Assembly (NCBI RefSeq): GCF_002571385.2 | Contig: NW_019218627.1 | Coordinates: 11,316 to 75,315 of the forward strand | Source: Stylophora pistillata | Lineage: Eukaryota | Reading direction: 5' to 3' | DNA length: 64,000 nt | Shown: in pieces, positions 60,303-64,000 of the stretch | Position numbering within the stretch: the stretch's first letter is position 1 | How the letters are laid out: every line of letters starts with the position of its first letter | The notes under the pieces: generated by a model | Database searches by the model: none | Seen by the model: only the letters and a program-made list of their open reading frames with translations | What the model was told of the DNA's origin: nothing | Position numbers and translations under genes: made by a program

Positions 60303-63285
60303 ATGGCGGGCGGGCGGGCGGTTTATAACGATAATAGTTTAGTGATAGTCGGGCGCGAAATGATCGACGACTTCCCAGACCTTGGACCAATCAAACGAAA
60401 AAAAAATACTCGCCAAAATGGCTCGCATGGCTCGCACCGTGGCTCGCATGGCTCGCACCGTGGCTCGCATGGCTCGCACCGTGGTTCGCATGGCTCGCAC
60501 CGTGGCTCGCTGGCTCGCATAGCTCGCTGGCTCGCAGGTTTGGCAGACCCGGAACTTACATATGCGGCTAAAGTGTTGGAGACGAAACCAGTATTCGCCC
60601 TGGAAATACCCTATCCATTGCTAAGGGAATGGCACAAAATAATCACTGAGGACACCTTTCAAAAAACCTCACAAGGTTCGCCCGGCCCACAGCTTGTGTC
60701 AGATTATCTTGCTCTGTTCATAGTTAGCAGAGGGAGCTGGTTAGGAAGCGCGGCGAACTTCAAAGAGCGCTCCTATTGTTTGCTGGATGAACATGAACGT
60801 ACCCTCATCCATGCGTGACCGTGCACACAGTCCCTCTACTAACTATGCTTTGTTAGAAGGAGCAATCAGGGACCATGCATTGTTCTTCACTGAGGACACC
60901 ACCAAGAGACATGAGATGAACCAAACATTGGCCAAAAGAGCTGGTTCAGTGGCAAATCTCTACAGGACAACAAAAGGTAGAGCAAGAGAGGCCTTAAATG
61001 ACAAGTTCAAGAAGTTCCACATTTTCGAGGGCCAGGTAAAATCCTCTCAGGATCTTCGCAGGAAAATAATTACAAAAGAGAGCGAAATCAATCGATGGAG
61101 AACTAAACACAAGAATATTGAACAGGAAAGAGAGGAGTTATTCAAAGAAATGACTCAGACTATTGAGGAGAAGGATAGAGTTATTAGTCACCTACAAAAC
61201 ACAAATAAGCAATTGGAAGACTATTTGGTTTATCTGGAAAAATTATCTATTAATGCTGAATACAAAGGGAAGCCAGTTTCTTCCAGTCAAAACAAAGCAA
61301 GAACACTAAAACATTTTCTCATTAGGCCTGAAACTGCTCTTTGGTTCAGCAAATATTTTGGATTAGACATTGAAAGCATTTTGGTGAAGGAGAGTGACTC
61401 AGGTGAAAAACACACCTTATCCATTAAGCAAATTTTGCCTTGTGATTTGGCAGGACCAAATGAGCAAGAAACCACCCTAAAGTACAATTCCCTCTCTGAG
61501 GAAGAAAAAAGCAAGTCGAAGAAATTCTCTTCCTCTTGGACAAGTTTTGTGTGGGTGATTCTTTTTTCCATGAACTTACTATGGTCACAGGTGGGCTTCC
61601 GAGGTCATATCAGACTCAGCAATGCAGAGCCAATTTAAATAAGTTATGCCTCATAGACGGTCTACCAGGAAAAGCACCTGGGGCAAAAGTTAGTGCTGTT
61701 AAGGAACTTATCAAGGAACATGTCATGTAGAAGAGTACCTAGGAGAAAACCCAGAAGCTGAAAAAATCCAAATCAAAATAAATGGTGATGGGGCACGGAT
61801 GACCCGGAATTGCAGCTTTGTGTTGTTGTCCTTTTCAATTTTACATACAGGCGATCAAGTTATGACAGCCAAAGGAAACAGAACTCTTGCAATCCTTAAT
61901 GGAAAGAAGACTATAACTCTCTCAAAGAGTCCTTTGGAAGCATTTTTAGTGAAATCAACTGTATGATTACGGAAGCTAAGGTTACTGTTGGTCATACTGA
62001 AATAGAAACAGAATTTTCCTTGGTGGTGACTACAAATTCATTCTTATCATGTTAGGTTTAAATGGAGCAACAGCTAACTACACATGTGCATGGTGTAAGA
62101 TCCACAAGGATGACAGTTGGAAAACAGGTGAAAATTTCACTGATTTCAATTGAAAGCCACTATCAAGGTCTTTACAGGAAATGATAGAAATGTGAAAAAA
62201 ATCAAAGGATAATTACGGCTGCTGTATTGTGAGGAACCCTTTCTGCACATTGAGTTGGAGCATGTTATTGTTGATGAACTTCACCTCCTTTTAAGAATAA
62301 CTGATGTGTTAACTTGCAATTTAATAACAGAAGTTATTGTTTGGGATATTGAGGAGACTATTCTAAACACCAGCAACAAACAGACACACCTAAATGAGTT
62401 GATTAACAGCACAAGGTCTTGTGGAGTATCTTTCAATGTTTGGAAAATAAAGAATGCAGATGGCAAATAAAGTTCTGTTCACGACTGGACAAGTCTCATT
62501 GGAAACGATAAGAAAGCACTGCTGTATCACCTTCCAGAGAAAATGACTGATTTCTTGAGGCCTGAAACTGCTGAAAAGATCAAAAAAATATGGGTGACCT
62601 TCGCAGCCCTGTACAAAAGTCTCAGTAACTGGGAACCAAATACCAGACCCACAGAGTTTTGGTTGAAAGCAAAACAATGGGTGAATGATTTCATCTCTCT
62701 TGCAGGATTGAGGGAAGGTTATCAACGAAAAAGAGTTACCCCATACATGCATATAATGGTTTCCCACATCCCATGGTTTTTTCAAATGTATAAAGCAGTC
62801 AAACTATTCACAGGGCAAGGAGTAGAAAAAAACAATGATGTTTCAAGGTCCATTGTTTTGAGGAAATCATAGTTAGTAGAGGGAGCTATGAGGAAATCAA
62901 ACAAGTGGGACTCAGTTGGCGATGTTCTCTGTCAAGAGTCACGCCAATGGCATCTACGAAAAAGGGAACGGGAGCCCAGATGCTATCAGAAACACAAAAC
63001 AGAGTACTGGGAGGAGGACATATTCCAAAAAAGAAAAACAATTCACCCCCAGAAGTTACTACTCCATCTCAATCTGATCTGCATGTTGGCCAAAGTGCTG
63101 TTGCATCTCAAACTCAATCTAATGGGCCTTTGAGCTCAATTGACTTTTCAAAAATGAGATTGCCTCAGCTTAAGGAAGAATTAAAGAAACGAGGAATCAA
63201 AAACATTTCTAAGAAAACAAAACACCTGCTTGTACAATTATTGAAGGGCATTACTGACAAAAAAAACCAGTCAGCCTCTATTTAA
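60303..63285 (+). pseudogene. Decayed RAG1-core/Transib-like DDE transposase with C-terminal SAP/Rho_N-like helix-extension-helix motif
   Basis: Across frameshifts and stops: IKINGDGARM (D 61787), FLGGDYKF..GLNGATANYTCAWC (D 62028), DELHLLLRI, TPYMHIMVSHIP, LFTGQGVEKNND (E 62825), in the same order as RAG1 core motifs; tail DFSKMRLPQLKEELKKRGIKNISKKTKHLLVQLL. Confidence 0.75.
60418..60550. repeat. 21-bp tandem repeat (GGCTCGC-based) ending in a TIR-like GGTTTGGCAGACCC; probable MITE remnant
   Basis: (GGCTCGCATGGCTCGCACCGT)x4 followed by GGCTCGC variants. Confidence 0.75.
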
Positions 63286-63373
63286 TAAGAAATGACATTG
63301 TCATTGGATGCAGATTATAAAGGTTGCATGGTATATAGCATTTGGCCTAGATATGAAGATATTGTTTAAGTTC

Positions 63374-63467
63374 TGTCATGTATTCGGTTTTATTTCGAAA
63401 AGCAAATCTAATGAATAATGCGCACACGTGCGCATGCTTACAAGAACCAACCACATATACTACAACA
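63374..63467 (-). mobile_element. 3' LTR (94 bp) of the Gypsy element
   Basis: Minus strand: PPT AGGGGAGG directly followed by TGTTGTAG...AATAAA...CATGACA (TG..CA). Confidence 0.7.
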
Positions 63468-63639
63468 CCTCCCCTGTAAGCCAGTCTCTTGTCCCCTAAA
63501 GTCTTTAAGAATTTCAAAGTTCCCAATATTCAACACAACATGCTATCCGTGAATTTAAAAGTTTTCCAAAAGTTCAACACAACATGCTATCAGTAAAAAT
63601 CCAGTCTCAACCTAACCCCATAAAAAGGCAGTTCAATGT

Positions 63640-64000
63640 TCAAAGATCCATCCGAACTGGGGGTTTCCGCACTCTGGAAGGGTATCGTTTTACAGGAACA
63701 TGTTCAATCTGGCTCGGTGAGCTGCTAGCGGACGATTCAGCCACTGGATTGCATTTGGGTGACGGGCAGTCTGTCTCCCTCGAGACAACTTCTGTCTGTT
63801 CAGGTAGTTCAGCTACTGGGTGATCAGTGGTCGTGGCTGGGAGTGGAAAAGGCAAGGGGTATGAAACTGGCGGGTGTCTGTCTGTAACAGGAACATTGGA
63901 ATCTCGGAGTTGATCCGTGTGTCGACGCCAAACTAGGTTAGGCCCAATCTCCACTTCATAAGACAGGGGTCCCAATCGTGCACGTACAATACCGGGTACC
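63640..64000 (-). mobile_element. Ty3/Gypsy pol C-terminus (post-integrase region); element continues right of the window
   Basis: GIVRARLGPLSYEVEIGPNLVWRRHTDQLR...RYPSRVRKPPVRMDL* is the typical Gypsy integrase tail; PPT and LTR follow. Confidence 0.85.

Overview
Eukaryotic, AT-rich, intron-containing animal genomic DNA with four assembly gaps. The repeat repertoire (Nin/Deu-type tRNA SINEs, Penelope-type hammerhead repeats, CAGGG-ended MITEs with 5/6-bp TSDs) and the gene style suggest a cnidarian, probably a stony coral (inference). Spliced gene models were built by hand from GT-AG sites and phase: (1) an orphan ~2,200-codon gene (+, 2709-11577) with a 5.7-kb helical exon carrying one in-frame TAA, a CXC cassette exon and an unidentified C-terminal domain; (2) a 4-TM MARVEL protein (-); (3) a BTB-BACK-Kelch protein (-) head-to-head with (4) an intronless TPMT-like methyltransferase (+); (5) RTF1 (-, 17 exons) sharing a 184-bp bidirectional promoter with (6) ZFYVE1/DFCP1 (+, 11 exons); (7) an intronless cGAS-like receptor (Mab-21 NTase with intact catalytic residues) fused to TPR-like helices (-). 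The right end is a TE nest: a SINE, a decayed RAG1-core/Transib-like DDE transposase, and the 3' end of a Gypsy element with a 94-bp LTR. The left end is an LTR edge rich in heat-shock elements. The best candidates for undescribed biology are the cGLR-TPR, the giant orphan gene and the RAG1-like element.
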